64,000 bases of DNA from an uncultured Gammaproteobacteria bacterium (GTDB lineage: Bacteria > Patescibacteriota > Patescibacteriia > S139-126): positions 473,513 to 537,512 of the forward strand of contig CAZBLW010000001.1 in NCBI GenBank assembly GCA_964493305.1, given 5' to 3'. The translations under genes were made by a program, and so were the position numbers. The notes under the pieces were generated by a model. The model was not told the origin of the DNA. It did not search any database and worked only from the letters and a program-made list of their open reading frames with translations. Positions 1-8,303 of this stretch are shown here, piece by piece (the stretch's first letter is position 1; each line of letters begins with the position of its first letter).

Positions 1-468
1 CCGACTCAATTATTTGATACAGTATCGGACCATGATCTATTTTATTATCAAGTTTCATAATACTAAGACCAGTGGAAATATCACCATTTAGAATTGCGGT
101 TTGTACTGGTGAAGGACCGCGATATTTAGGTAATAACGAAGGATGTAAATTGATTAAACCGTATCTAGGAAGGGCTAGCAACTTTGGAGGCAATATTTTT
201 CCGTAAGCAACTACCACAAATAAATCAGCAGCTAGATTTTGGAGAGTCATTATAAAATTTTCCTCAAATACAGTTGGGGATAATAAGTTAAGTTTTAGTT
301 TTTTAGCACAAACAGCTATTGGAGTGTCAGTAATTATTTTATTCCTACCTTTGGCTTTAGCTGGTTGTGTAACTACTCCAACTACCTCAAAATCAGAGTT
401 ATATAAGGCCAACAAGGAATAAACAGCGAAATCAGGAGAACCAAAAAAAACAATTTTATTTGACATTA
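1..468 (-). CDS. fmt: Methionyl-tRNA formyltransferase, C-terminal part cut by window edge
   Basis: Translating the minus strand from the ATG at 466-468 gives MSNKIVFFGSPDFAVYS..., a typical Fmt N-terminus. It overlaps the def stop by about 13 nt, the classic def-fmt arrangement. It is absent from the ORF track because it runs off the window. Confidence 0.8.
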
Positions 469-974
469 TTTTCGTATAATTCCAATTTTTCTTTACCTTG
501 AGTAATTGTTGAGGTTTTATCAATAAATAAGATGCCGCGTAAATGGTCAACTTCGTGTTGAATGATTCTGGCTTCTAAGCCTGAACTTATTTTAAAATTA
601 AATTTATTATTTTCATCACGATAAATCAACCATACTTTTTCCGGTCTTGTTACCGGTCCAAACACATCAGGTATTGATAAACAACCTTCTTCAAATATAT
701 TTTTGTTGTAAGATTTAAAGATAATGGTAGGATTGATTAAAATTTTAGGCCCTTGACCGTCGTCAACTACTATTAAATTTATATTTTGCCCTATTTGCGG
801 GGCAGCTAATCCAATGCCATTGGCTGCTTGCATGGTTAGTTTCATATCAATTATCAACTGTTGGATTGATTCTGACAAAATATTTTTAATATTTACACTA
901 TTTTTTCTTAATATTTTGTTAGGATAAATTATGATTGGTAATTTTTTGGCAATTAATGACATATTAAATTTCAT
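456..974 (-). CDS. def: Peptide deformylase
   Basis: All three Def motifs are present: GIGLAAPQIG, EGCLSIP and QHEVDHLRG (HExxH metal site). The size is about 170 aa. Confidence 0.9.
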   Translation of the reverse strand: MKFNMSLIAKKLPIIIYPNKILRKNSVNIKNILSESIQQLIIDMKLTMQAANGIGLAAPQIGQNINLIVVDDGQGPKILINPTIIFKSYNKNIFEEGCLSIPDVFGPVTRPEKVWLIYRDENNKFNFKISSGLEARIIQHEVDHLRGILFIDKTSTITQGKEKLELYENNVK

Positions 975-2745
975 AGGGATTAAGCTCTATCATAATAGAT
1001 TCAGGCAGATTTGACAATATCTCTCTAATTTTTTGATTGTCCTTATGGTAATATCTGAAAATTATTTGGTTGTAATTTTCTTGTATAAAATCAATCACCA
1101 ATTTATTTAGGTATTTGTTGATAATTGATTTTTTTAGGTTATCAGCTTTATCTTTATTGGTGGCTTTGAACAATAATTTTACTGTATTAGTATAAGGTGG
1201 ATAAAGTAATTTTTTTCTCCAAAGCATCTCCTGGTGCCAAAATTTTAGATAAGTAAATTGCTTTAACATTCGCCAAAAATTATGCTCGATATTTTTGGTT
1301 TGTATTAGTTTAGTACAATTTACTGTACGAAAAGCATTATTAAAATATTGCCAAGCTAGTTCTTGACTGCGAAAATTTCTGCCAATCAATTCTTGATCAG
1401 CATCAATAAAAGCTATTAAACCAACTTGGGAGTCAAGTCTTGATAAATAATATTTAGTAGTTACAATTATTTTTGCTTGATCTACTTGATTTGCATGATC
1501 GCTATCTAAAAAAACTATATCATCGTAAGTAGTAATTTTTTTTAGATCCTGGATTATGGTTTGGTTTGTTAAACCATATGGTTGCAAATGAATTCCTTGG
1601 CATCGAGGACAAGTTGAGGGAAAGGTATAATTGAGGTTACAACGTCCACAAACTAAACCAGTTAAAGAATCGCCACTTAGATAACTTTGACACTTTTCGC
1701 ATACAGGCATCCAACCACAATCAGTACAAAAAATATTTTGTTTTGTCCCTTTACGATTGACAAATAAAACACACTTTTTACCTGAAACAATTGTTTTTTT
1801 AATCTCTTGCTCCAAAGGCCAAGAAATATAAGTAAAATTTTTGGCAATTTTTTCAATATTTAAATCAACCAGAGTATAATCAATTATTTTTTGTTGATCA
1901 TATATTTTAAACTTATTTTTTTTAAAATAAGTAAATGTTTCTAACCAAGGTGATAATGAATAAATATTTAAATTAGTTTTATAAATAGAACTGATTATTT
2001 CATAAATTTGTTCTAAATTATATCTGGGATTTTGATCGGCTGAGGTAAAACCATAATTTTCGGCTTTTAAAACAAAAATATCTGTTAGCTTGTAAAAGGG
2101 GAGAAGTAAAGCCGGTTTAGTACCAATAATCAATTTGGCTTCACCTTTACATATTTGTAAATAGTTTTGTCGTAACACCTTATTGCTTAATTGTTTATGA
2201 TAAATTACCGTATGTTGAATAATTTTTTCTGGTAATTTAGTAGTTAATTTTTCAATATCAATTATTTCCGGACACAAAATTAATTGTTGACTGGATAAAG
2301 AAATTTTTTTTATGATATCATCAATCATAGTTTCATAATTCTGAGAAATGGTCAGCTCGTTTTTATTTTTTTTAGTTGATATTTTAGGCTGCTTAGCTAA
2401 AACAATATTTCCAAAGTCAATTTTAGTAGAAAAGTTTGGTAAAACATTTTTCCACCAGATACTGGGAGAAACAAAAAATTTCTCTGAAAGTTTGTTGATT
2501 AAATTTATTTGCTGAATAGTGGTCAAGGGTAGACCATGATTAAAAGAATATAAAATTTTTTTATAGTTTAAAATTTTGTTTCGAGGAGTGGGTTTGATTT
2601 TTATTACTATACCCAAACATTTTTTGTTTCGCCAAGGGATAGTTACCAGAGAGTACTTTTTTAGGTTTAAATCAGTAGGTATTTCATAGTCGAAATAACT
2701 AAGCTTTCTGGGTAATTTTATTAATGGAATTATACTAGCTATCAT
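964..2745 (-). CDS. priA: Primosomal protein N' (PriA)-like, apparently lacking Walker A and DEEH ATPase motifs
   Basis: The N-terminal 3'-DNA-binding-like region, the PriA Cys4/Cys4 zinc cluster (CTDCGW...CEKC...CGRC...CPRC) and the LIIGTKPALLLPF block all align to PriA. The expected GxGKT and DEEH positions read SQQLILCPEI... and LKAEN. Synteny priA-def-fmt matches Bacillus. Confidence 0.6.
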   Translation of the reverse strand: MIASIIPLIKLPRKLSYFDYEIPTDLNLKKYSLVTIPWRNKKCLGIVIKIKPTPRNKILNYKKILYSFNHGLPLTTIQQINLINKLSEKFFVSPSIWWKNVLPNFSTKIDFGNIVLAKQPKISTKKNKNELTISQNYETMIDDIIKKISLSSQQLILCPEIIDIEKLTTKLPEKIIQHTVIYHKQLSNKVLRQNYLQICKGEAKLIIGTKPALLLPFYKLTDIFVLKAENYGFTSADQNPRYNLEQIYEIISSIYKTNLNIYSLSPWLETFTYFKKNKFKIYDQQKIIDYTLVDLNIEKIAKNFTYISWPLEQEIKKTIVSGKKCVLFVNRKGTKQNIFCTDCGWMPVCEKCQSYLSGDSLTGLVCGRCNLNYTFPSTCPRCQGIHLQPYGLTNQTIIQDLKKITTYDDIVFLDSDHANQVDQAKIIVTTKYYLSRLDSQVGLIAFIDADQELIGRNFRSQELAWQYFNNAFRTVNCTKLIQTKNIEHNFWRMLKQFTYLKFWHQEMLWRKKLLYPPYTNTVKLLFKATNKDKADNLKKSIINKYLNKLVIDFIQENYNQIIFRYYHKDNQKIREILSNLPESIMIELNPYEI

Positions 2746-3275
2746 TCTGAAAAAACTTCAATACTTAAACGGTAAATTTTGTAATGATCGTTTTGCCAAT
2801 CAATCTTTCCGTTACGACAGGCGATTTTAACCATACTGTCAGGTGATATTTTTCTCGGCAAAACCAAACCAAATTGTTTTTGATTTTTTACTACCAAAAT
2901 ACCATCTGTGGCGGTATTTATCGAGGTTATATTATAGATAGCTTCGGTTTTAAGAATAATAAAAATTTGCAGTTTTAGTCCATTGATTTCGTCCTTGCTA
3001 ATGGGTTTATATACGTCATTTCCTTTAACAGCTTTTATAGTTTGGGTAATTATTTCTGTACCTAAATTATCTTTAGTCGGTTTTATACTGCCTGCTTGAC
3101 TGCGTATATTTTTGGCATAATCTAAAAATGTTACAAATACGCCAAAGTTAGTTGGACCTAGCCAACTAGGTAAATCCGGAGTTGTTTTAATAGTTAAACC
3201 TTTATTTAAATAAGTTTTAGCAGACTCTTTAGCTAAAGTAATGATGATTGACCTATTCATAACTTCATCAAACAA
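2742..3275 (-). CDS. AMMECR1-domain-like protein (AmmeMemoRadiSam system protein A-like)
   Basis: GVFVTF...IRSQAGSI resembles the AMMECR1 GxFVTL...LRGCIG core, but the Cys is not conserved. It overlaps the following Memo-like gene. Confidence 0.4.
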   Translation of the reverse strand: MFDEVMNRSIIITLAKESAKTYLNKGLTIKTTPDLPSWLGPTNFGVFVTFLDYAKNIRSQAGSIKPTKDNLGTEIITQTIKAVKGNDVYKPISKDEINGLKLQIFIILKTEAIYNITSINTATDGILVVKNQKQFGLVLPRKISPDSMVKIACRNGKIDWQNDHYKIYRLSIEVFSE

Positions 3276-4039
3276 GTTAATAAACCCACGCCATATTTAT
3301 TTTCATAAGAATTTATCTCACAATCAAAGTTTACTTGACTCATTATGCCAGCTAAGATAGTAAGCGGGCTATGAATGCATTGTTCTGCTAAATCAATTTT
3401 GTTTTTTGGAATTGAGTCGAGGGCAATAAAATCTTTTTGTTTTAAAAGATTTATTAATAAATGATCATATTCTTTATTGGTTGAGGAGTCTTTTTTTAAG
3501 TCGTTGGCGTGAGATAAATCACCGGCTACTATAACAAAATATCTTTTGGTATCTTTGTGAATCAGCTCAACGATTGCTTGCCCGAATTTGAACGTCAAAT
3601 CAAAATTTGGGTCAGCTAAACTATGAATTGGTATATATAATTTTTGACTAAATTTTTCTTGCAGCAAATTTAGGACTACACCAAAAGTATAATCAAGATC
3701 TGGCTCACCAATAATACTAATAGGCAATCTAGTTTCTAAAGACTCTTTCAGTCGATAGGCAGTTGCCATATCAGATTGAAAATTAAAATTTGTATTTAAA
3801 TCACCAAATTTAAAAAAATTTACGTTGTAGCTTGGACACAAATTGATGATAAAAGAATTCGGTATGATTTTATTATGACCATTTAAAATTATAAAAGTAT
3901 CTATATTGAAATTATTGATAGTATCAATAATTTTTTTTATGCCTTTATTGGTACTACTAAAATCAGCGTGATTGTATAAACCAACCGTGGGTACTAGCAG
4001 GGGATTGTGCGGCAAAATAGCAGCGCCGACTAATGACAT
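3257..4039 (-). CDS. Memo/LigB-like protein (AmmeMemoRadiSam system protein B-like)
   Basis: It has the AAILPHNP and VIVAGDLSHA motifs typical of the Memo / class-III extradiol dioxygenase fold. Its AMMECR1 partner lies immediately downstream. Confidence 0.4.
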   Translation of the reverse strand: MSLVGAAILPHNPLLVPTVGLYNHADFSSTNKGIKKIIDTINNFNIDTFIILNGHNKIIPNSFIINLCPSYNVNFFKFGDLNTNFNFQSDMATAYRLKESLETRLPISIIGEPDLDYTFGVVLNLLQEKFSQKLYIPIHSLADPNFDLTFKFGQAIVELIHKDTKRYFVIVAGDLSHANDLKKDSSTNKEYDHLLINLLKQKDFIALDSIPKNKIDLAEQCIHSPLTILAGIMSQVNFDCEINSYENKYGVGLLTCLMKL

Positions 4040-4041
4040 AT

Positions 4042-5445
4042 TTATTTTATTGAATCAATTGGGTCACCACTAGGGTGCATCTCAATGACTTGATCGTTTA
4101 TGGTTTTTATATTTTCCCATTTATAACCAAGGGATTCAAAAGCTTCTCCGGAAATTATGGGATGCTTTATACCATCAGCTATTACATATACTGCGCTTTT
4201 GGTAGGATCTAAACTTTTGACTAGTTCGCCATTATTTAAATATAACGGGGGCATAGAAATATAATTTTTTAACTGTTCTCCGTCAATAGTAGTAATTAAA
4301 GGTTTGACTCCAAAATTTACTAGGATTATATCAGGATGAACAATTGGGTATTTTTTACCATCTTTGACATAATAAATCGTGCCGGTTTCTCTACTTTTAA
4401 GCAACGCACCCATTGGATAAGCACTAGCTAGTGAGATGGGGCTACCTTCTGGTATTTCGTCAATTAATGCTTGAGTTAAGTCTTCAATTTCTTCAGGATT
4501 GATTCCTAAATTTTTCATCACTGTAGCTGAGGTAAAACCGTGTTTTATATCATCAATAATCATATAAACCGTACCTTTGGGGGATCGATAAAGTGCATAT
4601 TGAGGATATTTAATTGGTTCGCCTTGAGGGTATTGGTCTAAGACCGAAGGTTCTACCAATATAATCTTATTTAATGAATATCTACTCATCAGAGCAGCTT
4701 TGGATTTAAAAGGTCTTTTTAAGCCGGATTGTATTAAATAGACTACTGGGTCGTTTTTTGCCTGCAATAGAGTTCCGTCAGGATAGGTATAAGAAAACCA
4801 TTCGTGCCAAAGTTTCCAAAAATTATAATTACCGTTATAAACATGGGGAGTATAATTATATAAAGCCGCTGTTGCTTTATTCATCGGAGTTACCACGGTA
4901 GTGACTTGGCCAACATTATAACGATTATCGACGAATGTATAGGTTTGTCCAACTTGGTAACGATAACTTTGCGGGTTATCTATATAATCTCTAAATTGCA
5001 GAGAAGCCGAATTAACTTGTTTAGCAAAGCCCCGCCAACGTTCACTGCAGCTACCACTATCTGGACAACCGTAGCCAGTGGCAAAATCTAAATCTCTTTG
5101 CGAAGGAGTTTGATTGGTAATTAAACTTTGTTCTTTTTGTAATAAAACCAGGATAAACTTTGGGTTAACACCGTTTTGTAATGCTCGTTCATAAATAAAA
5201 TCAGCAGCCATCATTTGTCTAAAAGGTTCATTGATAACATCAACATCTACCAAATAATTAGCTAAATAACCTCCCTTGGCTTTGATAAAATTTTGCACTT
5301 CGGTCAAAGACATGGCCGAACTGTTGGTTATTTCTTCATCGGAAATAATATAATGGGGATTAAATTCCAAAGCTGATACTGGCGTCACCAATAATGAAAA
5401 TAAAATTATATTTAAAAATATTAATAATTTGATATTAATTTTCAT
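4042..5445 (-). CDS. Secreted protein with four C-terminal ~45-aa repeats, function unknown
   Basis: The N-terminus carries a signal peptide, MKINIKLLIFLNIILFSLLVTPVSALE. The C-terminal half has repeats with pattern xVYxIxDGxKHPI...G...I..I.....L...P.G. Confidence 0.5.
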   Translation of the reverse strand: MKINIKLLIFLNIILFSLLVTPVSALEFNPHYIISDEEITNSSAMSLTEVQNFIKAKGGYLANYLVDVDVINEPFRQMMAADFIYERALQNGVNPKFILVLLQKEQSLITNQTPSQRDLDFATGYGCPDSGSCSERWRGFAKQVNSASLQFRDYIDNPQSYRYQVGQTYTFVDNRYNVGQVTTVVTPMNKATAALYNYTPHVYNGNYNFWKLWHEWFSYTYPDGTLLQAKNDPVVYLIQSGLKRPFKSKAALMSRYSLNKIILVEPSVLDQYPQGEPIKYPQYALYRSPKGTVYMIIDDIKHGFTSATVMKNLGINPEEIEDLTQALIDEIPEGSPISLASAYPMGALLKSRETGTIYYVKDGKKYPIVHPDIILVNFGVKPLITTIDGEQLKNYISMPPLYLNNGELVKSLDPTKSAVYVIADGIKHPIISGEAFESLGYKWENIKTINDQVIEMHPSGDPIDSIK

Positions 5446-5517
5446 ATTTTTAGTAATAATGGTGTTTTTATGATACCATAATTGCTACTTTTTTTAAAGT
5501 ATAATTTAGTAAATTAC

Positions 5518-5546
5518 TTGAAAAAACCCCTAAAAAAAGCCATAAT
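5518..5546 (+). promoter_or_regulatory. Putative sigma70-like promoter of thpR (TTGAAA-N17-CATAAT)
   Basis: TTGAAA at 5518-5523 and CATAAT at 5541-5546 are separated by 17 nt. The ATG sits about 7 nt downstream, so the transcript would be near-leaderless. A second TATAAT lies at 5501-5506. Confidence 0.3.
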
Positions 5547-5552
5547 TTATCT

Positions 5553-6092
5553 ATGAGAGTTTTTATTGGTCTGAGTTTATCTAATCAATCTAAAATAATA
5601 ATAAATAACCAAGTATTACATTTTAAATCTATTCAAAATACTGGGATTAATTGGGTAAAAGCGAATAATTTACATTTAACTTTAAAATTTATTGGTGCCA
5701 TAGATAAAAATAAACTAGATATGGTGATTGATTATTTAAACCAATATTCGCACAAAAAACATCAGCTAGTAGCCCAATTTAAAAAAGTAATTTTTATACC
5801 CGCATCTAAACCTAAAATAATTGTTCTCCAGGTGAGTAGTGAATGTTTGCTAAAAATTATGACTGAACTAGATGCTGGATTGAAGGGTATTTGTCAACCT
5901 AGCAAATTTTTTACACCACATATTACTTTAGGACGTATAAAAACCAATCTCAATCCAGATTTAAAAAATTTGTTACAAAGTTTTAATTTAAATTCAGAAG
6001 AAAAATTTACCACCATAACTTTATTCGAATCAATCTTAAGTCAAAATGGCGCTGACTATAGAATTATAAAAAATTTCAATCTAAATGACTAA
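5553..6092 (+). CDS. thpR: RNA 2',3'-cyclic phosphodiesterase (2'-5' RNA ligase family, LigT/ThpR)
   Basis: Two H-x-T-x motifs are present, HLTLKFIG and HITLGRI. Length is about 180 aa. Confidence 0.75.
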   Translation: MRVFIGLSLSNQSKIIINNQVLHFKSIQNTGINWVKANNLHLTLKFIGAIDKNKLDMVIDYLNQYSHKKHQLVAQFKKVIFIPASKPKIIVLQVSSECLLKIMTELDAGLKGICQPSKFFTPHITLGRIKTNLNPDLKNLLQSFNLNSEEKFTTITLFESILSQNGADYRIIKNFNLND

Positions 6093-6843
6093 ACAAATAT
6101 TAGGTATAAAGATAGATAATGTTGACAAATCTAAATTAATAGATTTGTTTGATTTATTTTCAAATTCAAATAAATTCAATCAGCTGACTACTGTCAATCC
6201 CGAATTTTTAGTGGATGCCCAAAATAATAGTGAATTTAGCAAAGTTTTGAACCAATCTGATTTAAATGTCATAGATGGTTTTGGTTTACAAATGGCTTAT
6301 CTGCTAAAATATAAAATTTTTCCTGCCAGAATACCGGGAGTAGATTTGGTTGATTTATTGTTAACTTTTTGTCAAAGTAATGGTCTATCAGTTTTTTTAC
6401 TAGGTGCGTTTGCTGAAACTATCCAAAAACTTAAATTTGAAATTAGTAAAAAATATCCTAATTTAAATTTTCAGGCCCTGAGTGGCGGAAAGATTGAAAA
6501 GAAAAACCAAACTTGGGAACAGGATGTTAATATTTTAAAAGAGATAAATATATTTAAACCAACTATTTTATTGGTGGCTTTAGGCCATCCTAAACAGGAA
6601 ATATGGTTGGCTGATCATAAAAACTATTTACCTTCGGTCAAAATTGCAATCGGGGTGGGTGGAACTTTTGATTATTTATCAAAACAAGTAAAAAGAGCGC
6701 CTTTATTATACCGACGTTTTGGTTTAGAATGGTTATATCGTCTTTACCAACAACCCTGGCGTTGGCGTCGGATTTATAAAGCGGTTGTTACTTTTAGCTA
6801 TTTATTTTTATTAAATTATGTCAAAACCAACGGTAAGAACTAG
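6085..6843 (+). CDS. WecB/TagA/CpsF-family glycosyltransferase
   Basis: Family blocks LGIKIDNV, TVNPEF, VIDGFGLQ, ALGHPKQEIW and GVGGTFDY...GLEWLYRL are all present. Confidence 0.8.
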   Translation: MTKQILGIKIDNVDKSKLIDLFDLFSNSNKFNQLTTVNPEFLVDAQNNSEFSKVLNQSDLNVIDGFGLQMAYLLKYKIFPARIPGVDLVDLLLTFCQSNGLSVFLLGAFAETIQKLKFEISKKYPNLNFQALSGGKIEKKNQTWEQDVNILKEINIFKPTILLVALGHPKQEIWLADHKNYLPSVKIAIGVGGTFDYLSKQVKRAPLLYRRFGLEWLYRLYQQPWRWRRIYKAVVTFSYLFLLNYVKTNGKN

Positions 6844-8275
6844 ATTCGCTCCCAGTCCCACCGGCTATTTACATATAGGCGGTTTGCGGACTGCCTTGTA
6901 TAATTTTATTTTTGCTCGGCAAAATAAAGGCCAATTTATCTTGCGAATTGAAGATACAGACAAAGAACGTTTTGTCCCTGATGCTGTTGATTTAATACTG
7001 AAAACTTTATCTAAATTTGAGATAGATTATGATGAAGGTCCAGATAAAGCAGGGGAGTATGGGCCTTATACTCAATCAGAAAGATTATTAATTTATCAAA
7101 CTCATATTGCTGAATTAATAAAAACCAAGAAAGCTTACTATTGTTTTTGTACCAGTGAGAGATTAGAAGCTATGCGTTTAAAACAAAAACAAAATTCTGA
7201 ACCAACTAAATATGATGGTCATTGTCGTAATTTATCTGAACAAGAAATCTCTCAAAATTTAAAAAATAAAGTCCCCTTTGTAATCAGACTAAAAGTTGAA
7301 CCCGGTGAAACTAGTTTTACTGATTTAATCAGAGGGAAAATTACTTTTGATCACCAATCAATTGATGATCAAATTTTAATTAAAAGCGATGGATATCCTA
7401 CTTATCATTTTGCCAACGTAGTAGATGATCATCTTATGCATATCACCCACGTAATTAGGGGAGAGGAGTGGGTATCATCTACGCCAAAACATATTTTATT
7501 ATATCAAGCATTCAATTGGCCATTACCATTTTTTGCTCACCTACCTTTGTTACTAAATAGTGATAAGAGTAAACTCTCAAAAAGACAAGGGGATGTCTCG
7601 GCTGATGATTATTTAAAAAAAGGTTATTTACCTGATGCCATACTAAATTTTATTGCTTTACTTGGTTGGAATCCTGGGAGTGATAAAGAATTTTTTACCT
7701 TGACTGACTTAATTAGTGAATTTGATTTAGAAAAAGTACAAAAATCCGGTGCGGTTTTTAATTTAACTAAGCTTAAATGGTTCAATGCTCATTATATTGC
7801 CCAAACCCCAACAGCTAGTTTATTGCCTGATTTTGAAAATATAATAAACCAAGAAAAATTTTACACTAAAAATATTTTTTCTTTAGAGAAAATTATTGAA
7901 CTTTTTAAAACCAGAGTCAACTCACTTTTAGAATTAAGTCAAAAATCTAGCTTTCTGTATAGTTTACCAAATTATGAAGTAAATTTGTTGAGCTTTAAAA
8001 AAACCGATTTAAAAAAAGTTTTTGAAATTTTAAATTTTTTCTTTGAAGTCATAGATAAATATGATAATGAATGGCAAGCTGATAAATTAAAAACTCATAT
8101 TGATCTAAACAGAGAAGTAAAAGGATATAGTCGTTCCGAGTCATTTTGGCCTTTACGTGTGGCCATAACTGGTTTAGAATCATCGCCCGATGTTTTTGCC
8201 ACCATGGAGATTTTGGGGAAAAAAGAAAGTCAATTAAGAATAAAACAAGCTATTGAAAAAATTGAAAAAATGTGA
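6818..8275 (+). CDS. gltX: Glutamyl-tRNA synthetase
   Basis: RFAPSPTGYLHIGGLRTAL (HIGH motif) and KLSKRQG (KMSKS motif) identify a class I GluRS. Confidence 0.9.
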   Translation: MSKPTVRTRFAPSPTGYLHIGGLRTALYNFIFARQNKGQFILRIEDTDKERFVPDAVDLILKTLSKFEIDYDEGPDKAGEYGPYTQSERLLIYQTHIAELIKTKKAYYCFCTSERLEAMRLKQKQNSEPTKYDGHCRNLSEQEISQNLKNKVPFVIRLKVEPGETSFTDLIRGKITFDHQSIDDQILIKSDGYPTYHFANVVDDHLMHITHVIRGEEWVSSTPKHILLYQAFNWPLPFFAHLPLLLNSDKSKLSKRQGDVSADDYLKKGYLPDAILNFIALLGWNPGSDKEFFTLTDLISEFDLEKVQKSGAVFNLTKLKWFNAHYIAQTPTASLLPDFENIINQEKFYTKNIFSLEKIIELFKTRVNSLLELSQKSSFLYSLPNYEVNLLSFKKTDLKKVFEILNFFFEVIDKYDNEWQADKLKTHIDLNREVKGYSRSESFWPLRVAITGLESSPDVFATMEILGKKESQLRIKQAIEKIEKM

Positions 8276-8303
8276 TATAATATAGTATATATCACCCCAT
8301 GCT

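Noticed and set aside
4906-5091. 61-aa plus-strand ORF inside the secreted-protein gene. Many similar 60-130-aa antisense or alternate-frame ORFs appear in the track (9289..9474, 10396..10581, 13670..13852, 14815..15012, 15022..15261, 16000..16239, 16292..16597, 16841..17026, 17505..17693, 18892..19089, 21906..22109, 22236..22424, 24978..25163, 26554..26745, 27439..27735, 28692..28877, 29644..29838, 31075..31272, 31757..32143, 32625..32831, 36458..36646, 36805..37041, 37772..37978, 38335..38556, 38626..38868, 39074..39259, 40150..40332, 40987..41343, 41947..42144, 44201..44416, 45708..45908, 46326..46547, 50543..50839, 51183..51464, 53212..53424, 54671..54865, 56081..56284, 56223..56483).
   Set aside because: All lie wholly inside much longer ORFs with clear family signatures on the other strand or frame. 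Their low-complexity, hydrophobic or odd composition is typical of spurious ORFs in AT-rich DNA, and none has its own motifs or upstream signals.
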